NCBI GenBank assembly: GCA_964016885.1 | Contig: OZ024740.1 | Span: forward strand, 253,022,001-253,086,000 | DNA length: 64,000 nt | Direction: 5' to 3' | Source: Eledone cirrhosa | Lineage: Eukaryota | Shown here: positions 51,036-62,850 of the stretch, piece by piece | How positions within the stretch are numbered: the first letter of the stretch is position 1 | Layout of the letters: each line of letters opens with the position of its first letter | Notes under the pieces: generated by a model | The model's input: the letters and a program-made list of their open reading frames with translations, nothing else | What the model was told of the DNA's origin: nothing | The model's database searches: none | Made by a program: the position numbers and the translations under genes

Positions 51036-51087
51036 AATTCTGCTGGCCCCTTAGTAAAACAACAAAAACCTGTAAGGAAACGTTCAG
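51036..51087 (+). CDS. CEP95: CEP95-like gene, predicted coding exon 11
   Basis: Acceptor TTCTTCTGTTGTCAG|, donor CAG|GTAGGA; phase 0->1 (NSAGPLVKQQKPVRKRS). Confidence 0.55.
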
Positions 51088-51589
51088 GTAGGAGAGTAAC
51101 CTTTCACTTCTGTCCTCTGACCTCAAAACTGCCCAACGGAGCACTTCTTTTATATTAATAGTTCTTGAGGAAATATTGGAAAGTCTTGGGTTTTGACAAG
51201 ATTAACAGAGCCCTATACTGAATCATCATTGTCACTATTCTATGTCCATTTTTCATGCTGGCATGGGTTGGATGGGGTATCATAGTCCGAGACAGGACAA
51301 GATCAAGAGCATCATGTCTTAATTACACATTCCATTTTTGGCATGATTTCTAAGCTGGATGCCCTTCTTAACATCAGTCTCCTTACAGAGTGTACTGGGT
51401 GCATTTTATTAAGGCTCCAGTACTACCATTTTACAGTTGACATGACAAAGAGATCAGTCCACACTATAAAGTGGTCATCTTGGTGCCACGACCAAAAGCA
51501 CTCAGTGCACACTGTAATCTGGTTGTGTTGGTGACATGACAAAAAATGCCCAGTCCACACAGTAAAGTGGTTTAACGTCTATTTATCTA

Positions 51590-52080
51590 TATATATATTT
51601 CGGTTTTGAATTTGTTTTGCAACATTTCTTATCTGAAAACGTGTGTTGAAACAGATATTGTTATACTTTGGGAGGGTCATGCTGCCAATAAAAACACACT
51701 CACCTGTTGGTTTTTACTTCAGTTTATTATAAATTTCCGGTTGGTTGGTTTGATAACCGGATAGTTGTTAAAGCTCTTTTGTCACACATTCTGTGACCTC
51801 CTCGGTGACTACGTTGTTATTTTGTGTCTCTCCATCACAAAATAAAAACCTAGTCACTGGTGTAGGACAGAACAAAGGAGAGACACAAAATAAAACTTAG
51901 TCACTGAGAAGGTCACAGAATGTGTGACAAAAGAGCTTTGACAATATATAAACAACCATATGGTTATTGAACCAACCAACCAACTGGAAATTTATAATAA
52001 ACTAAAGTGAAAACCAACAGGTGCCTGTGTTTTTATTGGCAGCATGACCCTCCCAAAGTATAACAATATATATAAATATA
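51590..52080. repeat. Foldback repeat with two degenerate hammerhead motifs (family of 3111-3483)
   Basis: 51655-51830 is inverted relative to 51880-52070; motifs at 51767-51809 (-) and 51900-51942 (+). Confidence 0.65.
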
Positions 52081-53139
52081 TATCTAGGGCGGGTAAAATT
52101 CCTAAAATCCGTGTACGCGTCTGTCCGTAGGGTATCAATATATGTCATCCTTGGTCTCCCTCTACTAGTGTGTCTATGTAGGGGCTCCCACAGGAGCACT
52201 GAGTGTAATGTCAATTCTGAATGTCGGTGAGCATATCCAGCTAACCTCAGTCTCCTCTGAGTTATTTTAGAGCTGACTTTTGGGAGGCTCCCGTACAGCT
52301 CTGAGTTCTTCATCTTCAGTGTATACTTATTAATGTTCAGAACCATCCTCAGCATTCTCGTGTAGAACCCATCCACTATCAGTGGAGGATCAGTAACATT
52401 GTCCCAGTGCCAAAGAAGGGAGATCTCTCTAACACCAACAACTACAGAAGGATCACACTGACGTCACTTGAAGCAAAGACCCTGAACAGGATGATTTTTA
52501 ACAGGATCCAGCCTGAGATGGAGAAGAAGCTCAGGGACAATCAGAACGGCTTCAGAGAGGGAAGATCAACCACTAGTCACATCCTGATGCTGAGGAGGAT
52601 ATTAGAGGGAACTAGAGCAAAGTGCCTTCCTGCTGTCATGGTTTTCATCGACTTTAGGAAAGCATTTGATTCTGTGGACCGTCACTGCCTGATGAAGATC
52701 TTACAGGCTTATGGAATCCCCAAGAAGATAGTGGACCGGATATCACTGCTCTACACCAGTACCAAAGCCCAAGTCATTACACCTGATGGGATGACAGTTC
52801 TTTGAGATACTGACTGGAGTGCTCCAGGGAGATACATTGGCTCCCTACCTTTTTATCATCGCAGTGGACTATTGTATGCACCTTGCGCTGGAGAAACACC
52901 AGGACTCTGGCTTTACTGTAGCACCAGCTCAGAGCAGGAGAGTTAAGGCGAAAAAGATATCGGATGCTGAATTTGCCGACGACATAGTTTTGGTGACAAA
53001 CACTGTGAAGGAGGCAGAGGATTTGATGCAGGAGGTGGAGACTGTCGATGGGTGTGGGGCTGAGAATGAATGAGATTAAGTAGTATCTGGTAGAGAACAT
53101 TAAGCCAGAGAAGATTATGAATGTAGGCGGGAAGCCGCT
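52081..53139. mobile_element. 5'-inverted, truncated RTE copy (family of 3811-15550)
   Basis: 3' end on - (52081-52380) joined to an RT segment on + (52381-53139: NYRRITL, DFRKAFDS, LQGDTLAPYLF, FADD). Confidence 0.8.
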
Positions 53140-53584
53140 ATCATCATTTCATCATTTCATTTTACGTCCGCTTTTTCCCTGCTTGCAAGGGTGGGACGGG
53201 AACTGATTTTGGCTTGATTTCTACAGCTGGATGCCCTTCCTAACACCAACCTCATTTACAGTGAGTGCTGGGTGCTTTTTTGCCGTGGCACCTACACGTC
53301 CACTTTACAGTGGAATGATATGGACCCCCAGTCCCTATCATCTCATTTCTACAGCTGAGTAAACTATATATATGTAAATATACATTTACAGATGTGTGTA
53401 TCAGTTAGTTTGTATATGCACTTGTGTATACTTTTGTTTACATCCATATGTGTTTATATTGAGAGGGAAGGAGCCATGTATAGGTTTATAGTCTGTATAT
53501 ATACTAAATGCATATTCTATAGAAGAATGTGTATATATATATATATGTGTGTGTATGTATGTATATATATATATATATATGTAT

Positions 53585-53980
53585 CATCATCATCATCTTC
53601 ATCATCATTTTACGTCCGCTTTTTCCCTGCTTGCAAGGGTGGGACGGGAACTGATTCTGGCTTGATTTCTACAGCTGGATGCCCTTCCAAACACCAAGCT
53701 CATATACAGTGAGTGCTGGGTGCTTTTTTTTCTGTGGCACCGACACGTCCACTTTACAGTGTGGGCTGGGTGCTTTTTTACCGTGGCACCTCCACGACCA
53801 CTTTGCAGTGGAATGATAGGGACTGGGGTCCCTATCATCTCATTTCTGTAGCTGAGTAAACTGGAGCAATGTGAAATAAAGTGTCTTGCTCAAGGAAACA
53901 ACACATCACCCGGTCTGAGAATTGAACTCACAACCTTTCAATTGCAAGGCCAATGCTCTAACCACTAAACCATGTGCCTC
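53585..53980 (-). mobile_element. tRNA-derived SINE (family B, V-like core, RTE-like (GAT)n tail), full length
   Basis: Head GAGGCACATGGTTTAGTGGTTAGAGC..GAGTTCAATTC; core CCTTGAGCAAGACACT; other copies at 53140-53365, 53998-54315 (+) and 63527-63866. Confidence 0.8.
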
Positions 53981-53997
53981 TATATATATAAAGATAC

Positions 53998-54315
53998 GGC
54001 CTTGCAATCGAAAGGTGGTGAGTTCAATTCTCAGACCGGGTGATGTGTTGTTTCCTTGAGCAAGACACTTTATTTCACATTGCTCCAGTTTACTCAGCTG
54101 TAGAAATGAGATGATAGGGACTGGAGTCCCTATCATTCCACGGCAAAGTGGTCATGGAGGTGCCACGGCAAAAAAGCACCCAGCACTCACTGTAAATGAG
54201 GTTGGTGTTAGGAAGGGCATCCAGCTGTAGAAATCAGGCCCAAATCAGTTCCTGTCCCACCCTTGCAAGCAGGGAAAAAGCGGACGTAAAATGAAATGAT
54301 GGTGATGATGATGAT
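53998..54315 (+). mobile_element. Family-B SINE, 5'-truncated, inverted relative to its neighbour
   Basis: Reverse complement of 53585-53951. Confidence 0.8.
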
Positions 54316-54532
54316 ACAGAGCTTATCATTGTTTGAAAATTAGATAGTGAAATAGAGCTTCCACCGTATTTTTGACTAAGTAAATTAGTCTAATAGTTGG
54401 AGTTATAAAAACCCCCAGATTGGAAAAAGGATGAGCATTGACGAACATGGTACACAAACCCACATCTTTGGCTATCATGACCACTGTGCTAACTGGTCAT
54501 AATATATATATATATATATATATCTGTATATA

Positions 54533-56785
54533 TCATCATCATCGTTTAACGTCCATCTTCCACGCTAGTATGGGTTTGGACAGGAATTTTCCCACTTGAG
54601 GCAAGATTGGTTGTCTTGCTCGTATAGGACTGTCTGGCGGGTTTTCTACGGCTGGATGCCCTTCCTAACACCAACCACGTTTACAGTGTGGACTGGGAGG
54701 TTTTTACCGTGTTACCTACACGGCCACATTACAGCGTGGACTGTGTTGTTTTTTGTTGTGACACCTACACGACCTCATTTATTTCGGACTGTATGGGGTG
54801 GGGGTGGTGGTGTATTTTTGTTAGAGGTGCCTACTGACTGTAGGTTTCACTTTGTACTTAGGTAAGGCGGGTCTTCTGTATTACAGTGTAGCACCAAAGA
54901 TCTCGGTCCAGTGACATTGTCTTGGAGAGGTGTAAGTGTGTGAGGTCGGAATTTATCAAGTCGTCCCAGGTTTTTCTGGGTCTACCTACTCCGTGGCTAC
55001 CATCTATTTTTATTGCCCTGCACTTTTTTATACAGCTGTCGTCTTTCATGCGCATCACGTGACCATACCAACGTAGTCTTCTCTCGAGTAAACGACATCT
55101 GATTCCTCTTATTCCTAATTTCTCCTTTAGTTCATTTATGCTTTGCCGTTCACGTATATTACTATTACACATCCAACGGAGCATGCAAGCTTCGTTCCTC
55201 TCCAGTCTGCGTATATCCTCTGCACACAATGCCCAAGTCTCACTGCCATGTAACATTGCTGTTCATATGCAGGCATCATACAGCCTGCCTTTCATTTTTA
55301 GAGAGAACCCTTTAGCGGCCAGTAGTGGTATAAGCTCTCTGAACTTTTTCCATCCCATTCTGACTCTAGCTATTGTACTTTCAGAGCACCCTCCACCACT
55401 GCTGATTTTGTCACCCAGGTAACGGAAGGTGTCCACTATTTCTATAGAACCATCTGTGCAATGGAATGAGCTAGTATTCTGTGAGCACTTGCTGCTACTT
55501 ATTGCACCTGAGCACCGGCCACATATAAAATCTATATTCTTAGTTAGCTTACCTGTGATCCCACTACATCTTTTATGCACCCATACTTTGCATTTGGGAC
55601 ATAAAATGGAGTTTCTGCCTACTCCTTTCCTACACACTGAGCATGGCCATTTCCCAGATGGGACCAGTGCCCTATTTTCCTTCCTACAAACTAGAACTTT
55701 AGTCTTAGACAGGTTAATTTTAAGGCCTTTTGATTCTAGGCCATGCTTCCATGTTTGGAATTTCTTCTCTAGTTCAGCCATTGATTCAGCTATGAGCGTT
55801 AGATCATCTGCATATAGGAGTTCCCATGGGCAGCCGGTCTTGAACTCCTCTGTTATAGCCTGAAGGGCAATAATAAATAGTAGGGGGCTAAGGACGGAGC
55901 CCTGATGAACACCAACTTTTACGCTAAACTCTTCACTATATTCGTTGTTAATTCTAACCTTGCTGACTGTTTCTTTATACATGGCTTGTATAGCTCTCGC
56001 AAGCCATTCATCTACACCTAGTTTTCTAAGAGCCCACCTGATAATGGAGCGGAGGACTCTGTCAAAGGCTTTCTCCAGGTCTACAAAAGCTAAGTAGAGG
56101 GGTTTATTTTTAGCTAGGTACTTCTTTTGTGGTTGTCGTACAAGGAAAATGGCGTCTGTGGTACTTTTACCTGACACAAACCCAAACTGCATTTCATCTA
56201 GATAAATTTGTGATCTTCATGACCTGGTCAACTAACTTAATGCCTCTATAGTTTCTTCTATCTAGAGCATCCCCTTTACCCTTGTAGCAGTTAATGATGA
56301 TGCTGCTACGCCAGTCTTTTGGTATGACCCCATTCTGTATTACTTGGTTTACTATCCGGGTGACCATAATATGTCGCACCATTCCAGATGCTTTCAACAT
56401 CTCAGCAACTATCTCCGAAGGCCCAGCTGCCTTGCCTGTCTTCATATCTTTGATTGCCTTACTTATTATATTACCTTTAACTTGCACCGCTGGTCCTTCT
56501 GTTGGATCGATTTGGGGCAGACTATCTTTTTCCCATTTATTTTCCTCATTTAGTAGTCTCTCGTAGTGACACTTCCAAACTACCTTCTTATCAGTATCAG
56601 TGAGGGCAAGTACACCATTATCATTACGGACACACTTCTCCCTGACAATATCACGGTTTTCCTTGACACATTGTCTAGCAATCCTGAACACCTCACGTTT
56701 TTGGTCCTCACATTGTAGAACATGCTTGAACTTTCTATCCTCTGCTTCCTTTTTTGCAAAGTACTTTTGTCTCCTAGCTTCTATC
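54533..56785 (-). mobile_element. RTE-clade LINE, 5'-truncated, with PHD-like insertion after the RT domain
   Basis: ORFs 56194-56691, 55263-56192 (QFGF, DLEKAFD, GVHQGSVLSPLLF, LYADD) and 54858-55256; (CAT)n tail. Confidence 0.9.
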
Positions 56786-56807
56786 TTTGTATATATATAT
56801 ATATATT

Positions 56808-57190
56808 AATAAGAAGTTGACGGACCCAGCATAGGTATCGATGCTAGGACCGGTTGCATTTCAGCGTACTCAATAGGTAATGTTAACTACGCTCCCAGAG
56901 TATACACATTGTTATTCGCTTCAATACGACACACGTAAACGGGTACCTAAAGTAGTTCCCGAACTCGCGTTTCGGCCACACTTAATGCAGCAATAGGGTG
57001 CACTGCACCCTCTGACTGCATATATTATGCAACAATGCATAATCGCTGCATGTGGTTTCATCAGCGAGTATCGCCTAATCAATAATCAATTGATCGACAG
57101 AATTCGACCCCAGTCCATGCTGGCTATGACCGGCTGCATGAACCGGTCCTAGCATTGATACCTATGCTGGGTCCGTCAACTTATTATTAT
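56808..57190. repeat. Short element with ~45 bp terminal inverted repeats enclosing a hammerhead-like motif
   Basis: AAGTTGACGGACCCAGCATAGGTATCGATGCTAGGACCGGTT at ~56814-56855 is inverted at ~57141-57182. Confidence 0.65.
56958..57068 (-). ncRNA. Candidate type I hammerhead ribozyme with long branched stem II
   Basis: Minus strand: CUCG-CUGAUGA-AACCACA..(~70 nt of hairpins)..UGUGGCC-GAAAC-GCGA-GUU-CGGG; the two base pairs at the foot of stem II are mismatched. Confidence 0.5.
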
Positions 57191-57229
57191 TATTGTCTCC
57201 CAACTAGCAGATTAATGAGAGTAAGTTAA

Positions 57230-59818
57230 CCCTTTCGTTACCATATTTCTAACCAAAATACACCCCTTATGTGTTTCAATTAATTTCTAACATAATCATA
57301 AATTTAGTCTGGTTTCATTAAACAACTCTAACTTTTTTATTTATCAACATATTAATGTGATTTTTGGAAGAAAATTTAATGAAAGGTTCTCCCAATTCTA
57401 TTCCATAATTTTTGTTTCAAAGTGACTCTAATTACAGGTAAATACAGATAAATTCAACAAAATATGAAATTATTTAAATTTTGTTCAAACATCGCTATAG
57501 AAAATGGGTTATTCGCTAATATTCAATTGGGTATACAAAAAAATTTTACTATAGAAGAGTTGTGCACATTACTGGATTTATCAGGTGAATTTAAACACAC
57601 AAAAGACAGGTGTACCATAAAGGTATAAATAAAACGAAAGACTGGAATTTGTCTGTGAAGAAAACTAGAAAACAAAATACACACACCATCAACTAGATTA
57701 AATAAGCTCTCCCACATACATAGATATACAGAAATATACAATAATGATTTACAAAAGAAATTAATCAAAACTCGTCATTCACCTTACAGGTAAATTAAAA
57801 TAACAGGTAAATTAAAATTACACATAAATAAAAATAAAAACGAAGTAAATTTGAAAATATTAATAAAATAAAATCACACATATATACAAATCAAACAATA
57901 TTCCTATCATGAAAACTTGTGAAGCACCCTGCTCTACATAATGCAACCTTGCAGAATGCACATTGGAAAGTTGTTTCAACAGACCTTCCACTAGGAGCTT
58001 TCCTTTTTTGATGAAGGCATTCACGACACTGCCTTTTGCGACCCTCGATTTTTTCTAATTTATGGAGATCGGCTGAATTCAGAGGGATATCTCTCTGGCA
58101 GGCTTTGGTTTTTCTACCTACAGTTATTTTTTTTTAGGAATAACCAGCTCTTAATTGTGTTGCTACATCTGCTCGGAACTCCATTTCGAGCCGGTCCCGA
58201 TTTGGTATATAGTATAAACGCATTAGTAATACTCATATTTACTATATACCAAACCAGGTATCGCCACCATTTATTTCCCGATCTGCCAACTGAATAATAA
58301 GACATCATCTGATTCATCCGATCTACACCACCCATGTACCTGTTATAATCGAGATTCACAAATGGGGTGCCATTTTCATCCACATGTGGCCGTGCACAGG
58401 TAGACAGAAAATTGATCTGCCTCTTATCGCTAGCAAATTTCCTTTCTGCCGTTGAATTATTTCACCTTTTTTTTTTTAATTTTGCTTTTTTTATATCCAA
58501 CGGCAGTCTTTTTCTATTAACGATCACTGTAGCACATGTCTGTGTTGCCACAGTATCTAAATTCTCCGCAAGTTTGACCGAACTGAAAAACCGGTCAAAA
58601 AATAATATACGGCCCTGGTTATGGTATGGAAGTGATAAATTCCAGACCACATCATACCCTAGGCCATGCTGACTTACATAATTGTCTCTTTTGCCAGTAT
58701 AAAATTCAAATCCAGAGCAGTACCCAGTATTCGATTCGCAAATCTTCTAAACTTTCATCCCCCATTTTGTGGGCTTACCTGGCATATATTGTCGAAAACG
58801 CACTCGGCTTTTATAGCCCACCATACCCTCATCGATAGATAAATATCGACCTGGTTTGTAAACTGTTTTATATGTGTTTTGAACACAATCAATGAGGAGT
58901 CTTATTTTAAATAAGGGATCATAGTTTGGTTCTCCACATACTGGTGTACTGCTCGTGTCTCTTACATGTAAATACTGCGTCAATTTTAAAAACCGTGTCC
59001 TCGTCATTATACTTGAGACATATTTGTCTCCAAAGGGTTCATCGGTACTCCAGTAATTTGTAATTCTGGGTAGCTTTCTAATGCCCATAATAATATTTAT
59101 GGCAAAATAAGCCCTAATTTCATTTAAGCTTATGGGAAACCACAAACTATCCTTTTTTTCGCTTTGTTTACTTTCAGCGTAATGGTTTGTTTCCGCCGTA
59201 ATAATTTCAAACAAGCTCATAGGAAAAAGTAAAAGGAAATAGTCTAAAGCTTTGCTCTCCTGGGATAGACTGTGACTTGGTCCAGTTTCTTCATAAAAAT
59301 CACTAAAAGAAACAGTTTTTAAATTTTTACTCCATTCAGGTGCAAATTCATTTTCTTTATTGCTGTCATCGGAGCTCTCGGATTCACTGCTTTCACTTTC
59401 GGAAAATGAAACATCGGATTCATTATCAAATACCACGTGCTTTTTTTTTTCAGTTATAGAGTTAGATTTTTCAAGGTCTTCAGTAGAAAATCCTTCGAAT
59501 CCTGACTCGCTGCTTGACTGAATGAAATTGGTATCCATTTTTTGTCAGAGTTAAAAATTTTCAAAATACAACAGGAACAAATTTGGAAAAAAATCTTCCA
59601 AAATTCACAGAATTAAAATAACACGTCGATATTTGTCCGAAACTGTAGCTCAATTGTTTACGTAGTATAATCACGTGTTTTCACGAATGTACTAACGAGA
59701 TTTGCTCTGATATTCTCATTTAAATATGAATGTGTGAGTACAGGCGGTTTTGGGCGGCTTGGTCACATGAACCAAAATTTTTTTCGGGGCGGCTTTGGGC
59801 GGTTTGGTAACGAAAGGG
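57230..59818 (-). mobile_element. piggyBac DNA transposon, complete boundaries
   Basis: TTAA TSDs at 57226-57229 and 59819-59822; 14 bp TIR CCCTTTCGTTACCA. Confidence 0.92.
57905..59538 (-). pseudogene. piggyBac (PGBD4-like) transposase, frameshifted
   Basis: LSIDEGMV..YMPGKPTKWGMK, FFDRFFSS, YNRYMGGVDRM; C-terminal Cys-rich domain RQCREC..FQCAFCKVALC. Confidence 0.9.
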
Positions 59819-60409
59819 TTAAACAATTTTTCACATTTTTTATTTTTAAGTCGTTTGGAAGCCTCAACAATGCAAATGGGTAAATCTCCGGGTAACAAGG
59901 TCCGGTGGTGGAGAGAGAGATGTAAGTGGGTGTACGTTGAGATGCGTGGTGTGTATAACATGTGTGAGATGTGTAGAATGAAGGGAAGAGTATAAAGGAT
60001 AAAAATAAAAATAACAACACAAGAGAGAGTTACCTTGGGAGAGATTTAATAGTCCCTATATATTTCGGATTCACATCCATCAACTGGGGTTTTTTCCGGG
60101 GTGGGGGAAAAGGTTGTTTGTCGGACAACTCGGAACACATCTTTCGCTGTTTGTTGATTTGAATACATTTTTTATTGTTTTGTTTTGATATGCGCTCTAA
60201 TTCCTGCTACTAATTTTCTCATTCACTCACATATTGAATCATTTAAATTGTGAAATAGACTGGTTTACGCACGTGGCTGGTCGCTAACCAGCACGCTACT
60301 TTATATTGCTGTGTAATGGATGTGGGCATTTAATGTCCGGATAAAGATTTTAGGCACTACCACTGTTACTATTGTGATCCTCTCGCCATGGGACTTGGAG
60401 ACTAGAGTA

Positions 60410-62142
60410 TACTAGCATTAAAGCCCAGCGTTGCTCGGGGTCAGTAAGTTACCAAAGTTAGGTTGCACCACCCATTTTATGGCAGCACTTTTTTGTCTGC
60501 CAGGCACTGGGTGAATGAAAACCCATCGATGGGGGTCAGGTACAGTGACCTCATTTACAACAGGGCGCTGCTTGAAATCGAAGATACTTTTCTCGATATG
60601 GGTGGTAGTGCGTTGGCGGTGTATGGCCTATCTTCAACAAACCGGGAAGACGCAAACACTCTGTCTTCGGATTTGCTGCGTGTGGGTCGTGGGAAGCTCT
60701 CACAGCAGTAGCAGAAGCTACCCTTGCAATCCTAATGGACCACCCGTCTGCATTTTCAGAAGCCATGGAAGCAGTCATAGCCGCAGCGATCCTAGCAAGG
60801 CGAGTCCTCCGCCGTTCCAAACCTTCCGAAGCCCTGGAAGCAGCAGTAGCTGCAGCATTTCTAGTCAGTCGAGTCGCCCTTTGTTCCGGGCCCTCTGAAG
60901 CCCTGGAAGCAGCAGTAGCAGCAGCGTTTCTAGTCAGGCAAGTCAACCATTTTTGCAGGTCCTCTGAAGCCCTGGAAGCAGCAGTAGAAGCGGTGTTTTT
61001 TTAATTATGTATCGCCCAATCTGAATAGCAGATCGCAGCACGTATCGAAGCGCCGTATGAAGCCATCTCAGCTAGGCGTGCGGTGCGCTGTTGGAAACTT
61101 TCAGCAGCTCTGCATTCCGCTGAACGTAAGGCGCTCTGTGAAAGTCTTAAAACAGTTTGCTGTAATCGCCCTCTGCGCCGCCGCTGACGTGGTATGGCGA
61201 CCGAGGCGACTTCTCTTTTTAGGTGGCATTTTATGTCAAAAACAAAGGGTGAAAGTTACTTCTACAGCGAAATTGCCTTTGAAAGTATAAGGCTGAAAAC
61301 TGGAGGCGTTCCGCAGGTGAAAAAAAGGGGAGAACGAATGGCAAATAAATAACTCACAGTTTGGTGAAACGCGCTTCTGTCAGCAATTTGAAGTTGTTTG
61401 GCCAAAAATCCCTATGTGGTTTCTGTTTTCAATCAATAAACATTTAAATATGTTATACACAAAATGTAATTGGGGGTGAGTTGGAAAAAAATAGTCGTTG
61501 ACTTAAATTAGACCATTTACAACATTCTTACCGACTTTTAGTCGAATCGGTTTGATATCCTGTCTATTTATTAGGGGTGGTTGTCTAATGTGTGTTTTCT
61601 AAATTTAAGACAGTAGGGAGGGGTGTGATATGGGGGAGAGTTAGCTGCTGTTTCTAGCAGGTTTAGTGACCTTATAGAGGATATTATTGTATATAGTAAA
61701 TAAACTGATACCGCGTTCCTAACACACTCAAAAACAAACGTTCTCTCTCTCTGTCTCTCACTCTCTCGCTCACTTCGCTCACTTTTTTTTTTCTCTCGCT
61801 CTCCTTCATTTCTTTCTTTCTTCCGCATTCCTAAAGGAAGTTTGTAAGGAGGGGGTTTAAGCATATATAAGAGAAAGTTGCAGCATGTATGTAGTTTTAT
61901 CGATTTTTAAGGGGAGTAGAGAGAGGGTATCAGATTGTATTAGAGGGGTAAAACGTCATGTATTTAGTTTTATCGATTATTTCCGTAATTGGGGGTAAGT
62001 TGGAAAAAAATAAATAGTCGTTGACTTAAGTTAGACCATTTACAACATTCTTACAGACTGAGTCGAATCGGTTTGAAATTGTGCAAATGTATAAACATGG
62101 AACATACACACACTCACAACAACAATCTGCCTTTTATAGATA
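60410..62142. mobile_element. Non-autonomous Helitron/Helentron-like element with rearranged RepHel fragments
   Basis: Start ACTAGC..GCCCAGCGTTGCTCGGG; + fragment IYNRALLEIEDTFLDMGGSAL; - fragment MPPKKRSRLGR with 69 bp repeats RLTRNAAATAASRASE; internal duplication ~61468-61556 / ~61987-62076; end CTGCCTTTTATAGAT. Confidence 0.55.
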
Positions 62143-62376
62143 ATTGTTTCTACTTTTGGCACAAGGCCAGCAATTATCCCAGTGTATTACTGGTACTTTA
62201 TTTTATCGACCCCTTAAGGATGAAAGGCAAAGTTAACCTCGGCGGGTTGTGAACTCAGTCCGTAAAGGGACGTAACTGTGCTGCAAATGATATATCATAT
62301 ATATATATATATATATATATGTAAGTATGTGTGTATACGTACATACATATATGTATACAGACGTACAGTAGCATGC

Positions 62377-62407
<31 letters not shown>

Positions 62408-62554
62408 CAGGTACACATATATGCACGTATCAGTTTAGCGGACGCTTATTATAACGCCGCTTTGTTCGTTTGTAAACAAACTGAACAGCCTGAATTTTAT
62501 GCCGTACGGTGTTAAGGCAACCACATCACCTTTTTGTTCAACACTGACACAGGA

Positions 62555-62597
62555 ACGATGTACTAGTTTCAAGCTTGTTAGCTATCATCAGCACCGT
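62555..62597 (-). ncRNA. Minimal type I hammerhead ribozyme (left-arm copy)
   Basis: Exact reverse complement of 62808-62850. Confidence 0.75.
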
Positions 62598-62807
62598 ATA
62601 CCCTTCTGCCAGATAGTTGAACGTTCGAAAGTATATACTTTCCTTATGAAAATTAACGGCTGAGCAGCCTAATTTGCATATCGAGTGAGTTAAGTCGGTC
62701 AGGCATACCGAAAACGATAAGTTGAAATAAAATTAGGCTGCTCAGCCGTTAATTTTCATAAGGAAAGTATATACTGTCGAACGTTCAACTATCTGGCAGA
62801 AGGGTAT

Positions 62808-62850
62808 ACGGTGCTGATGATAGCTAACAAGCTTGAAACTAGTACATCGT
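62808..62850 (+). ncRNA. Minimal type I hammerhead ribozyme (right-arm copy)
   Basis: ACGGUG-CUGAUGA-U-AGCU-AACA-AGCU-U-GAAAC-UA-GUA-CAUCGU: stem I ACGGUG/CAUCGU, intact core, palindromic stem III ACUAGU, predicted cut after A62844. Confidence 0.75.

Noticed and set aside
53910-53980. tRNA-like sequence (also 63795-63866 and family-A SINE heads)
   Set aside because: SINE heads attached to core and tail domains; no clean cloverleaf
59830-60400. Unassigned segment between piggyBac and the Helitron-like unit
   Set aside because: No recognisable ORF, termini or phase-compatible exon; left unannotated
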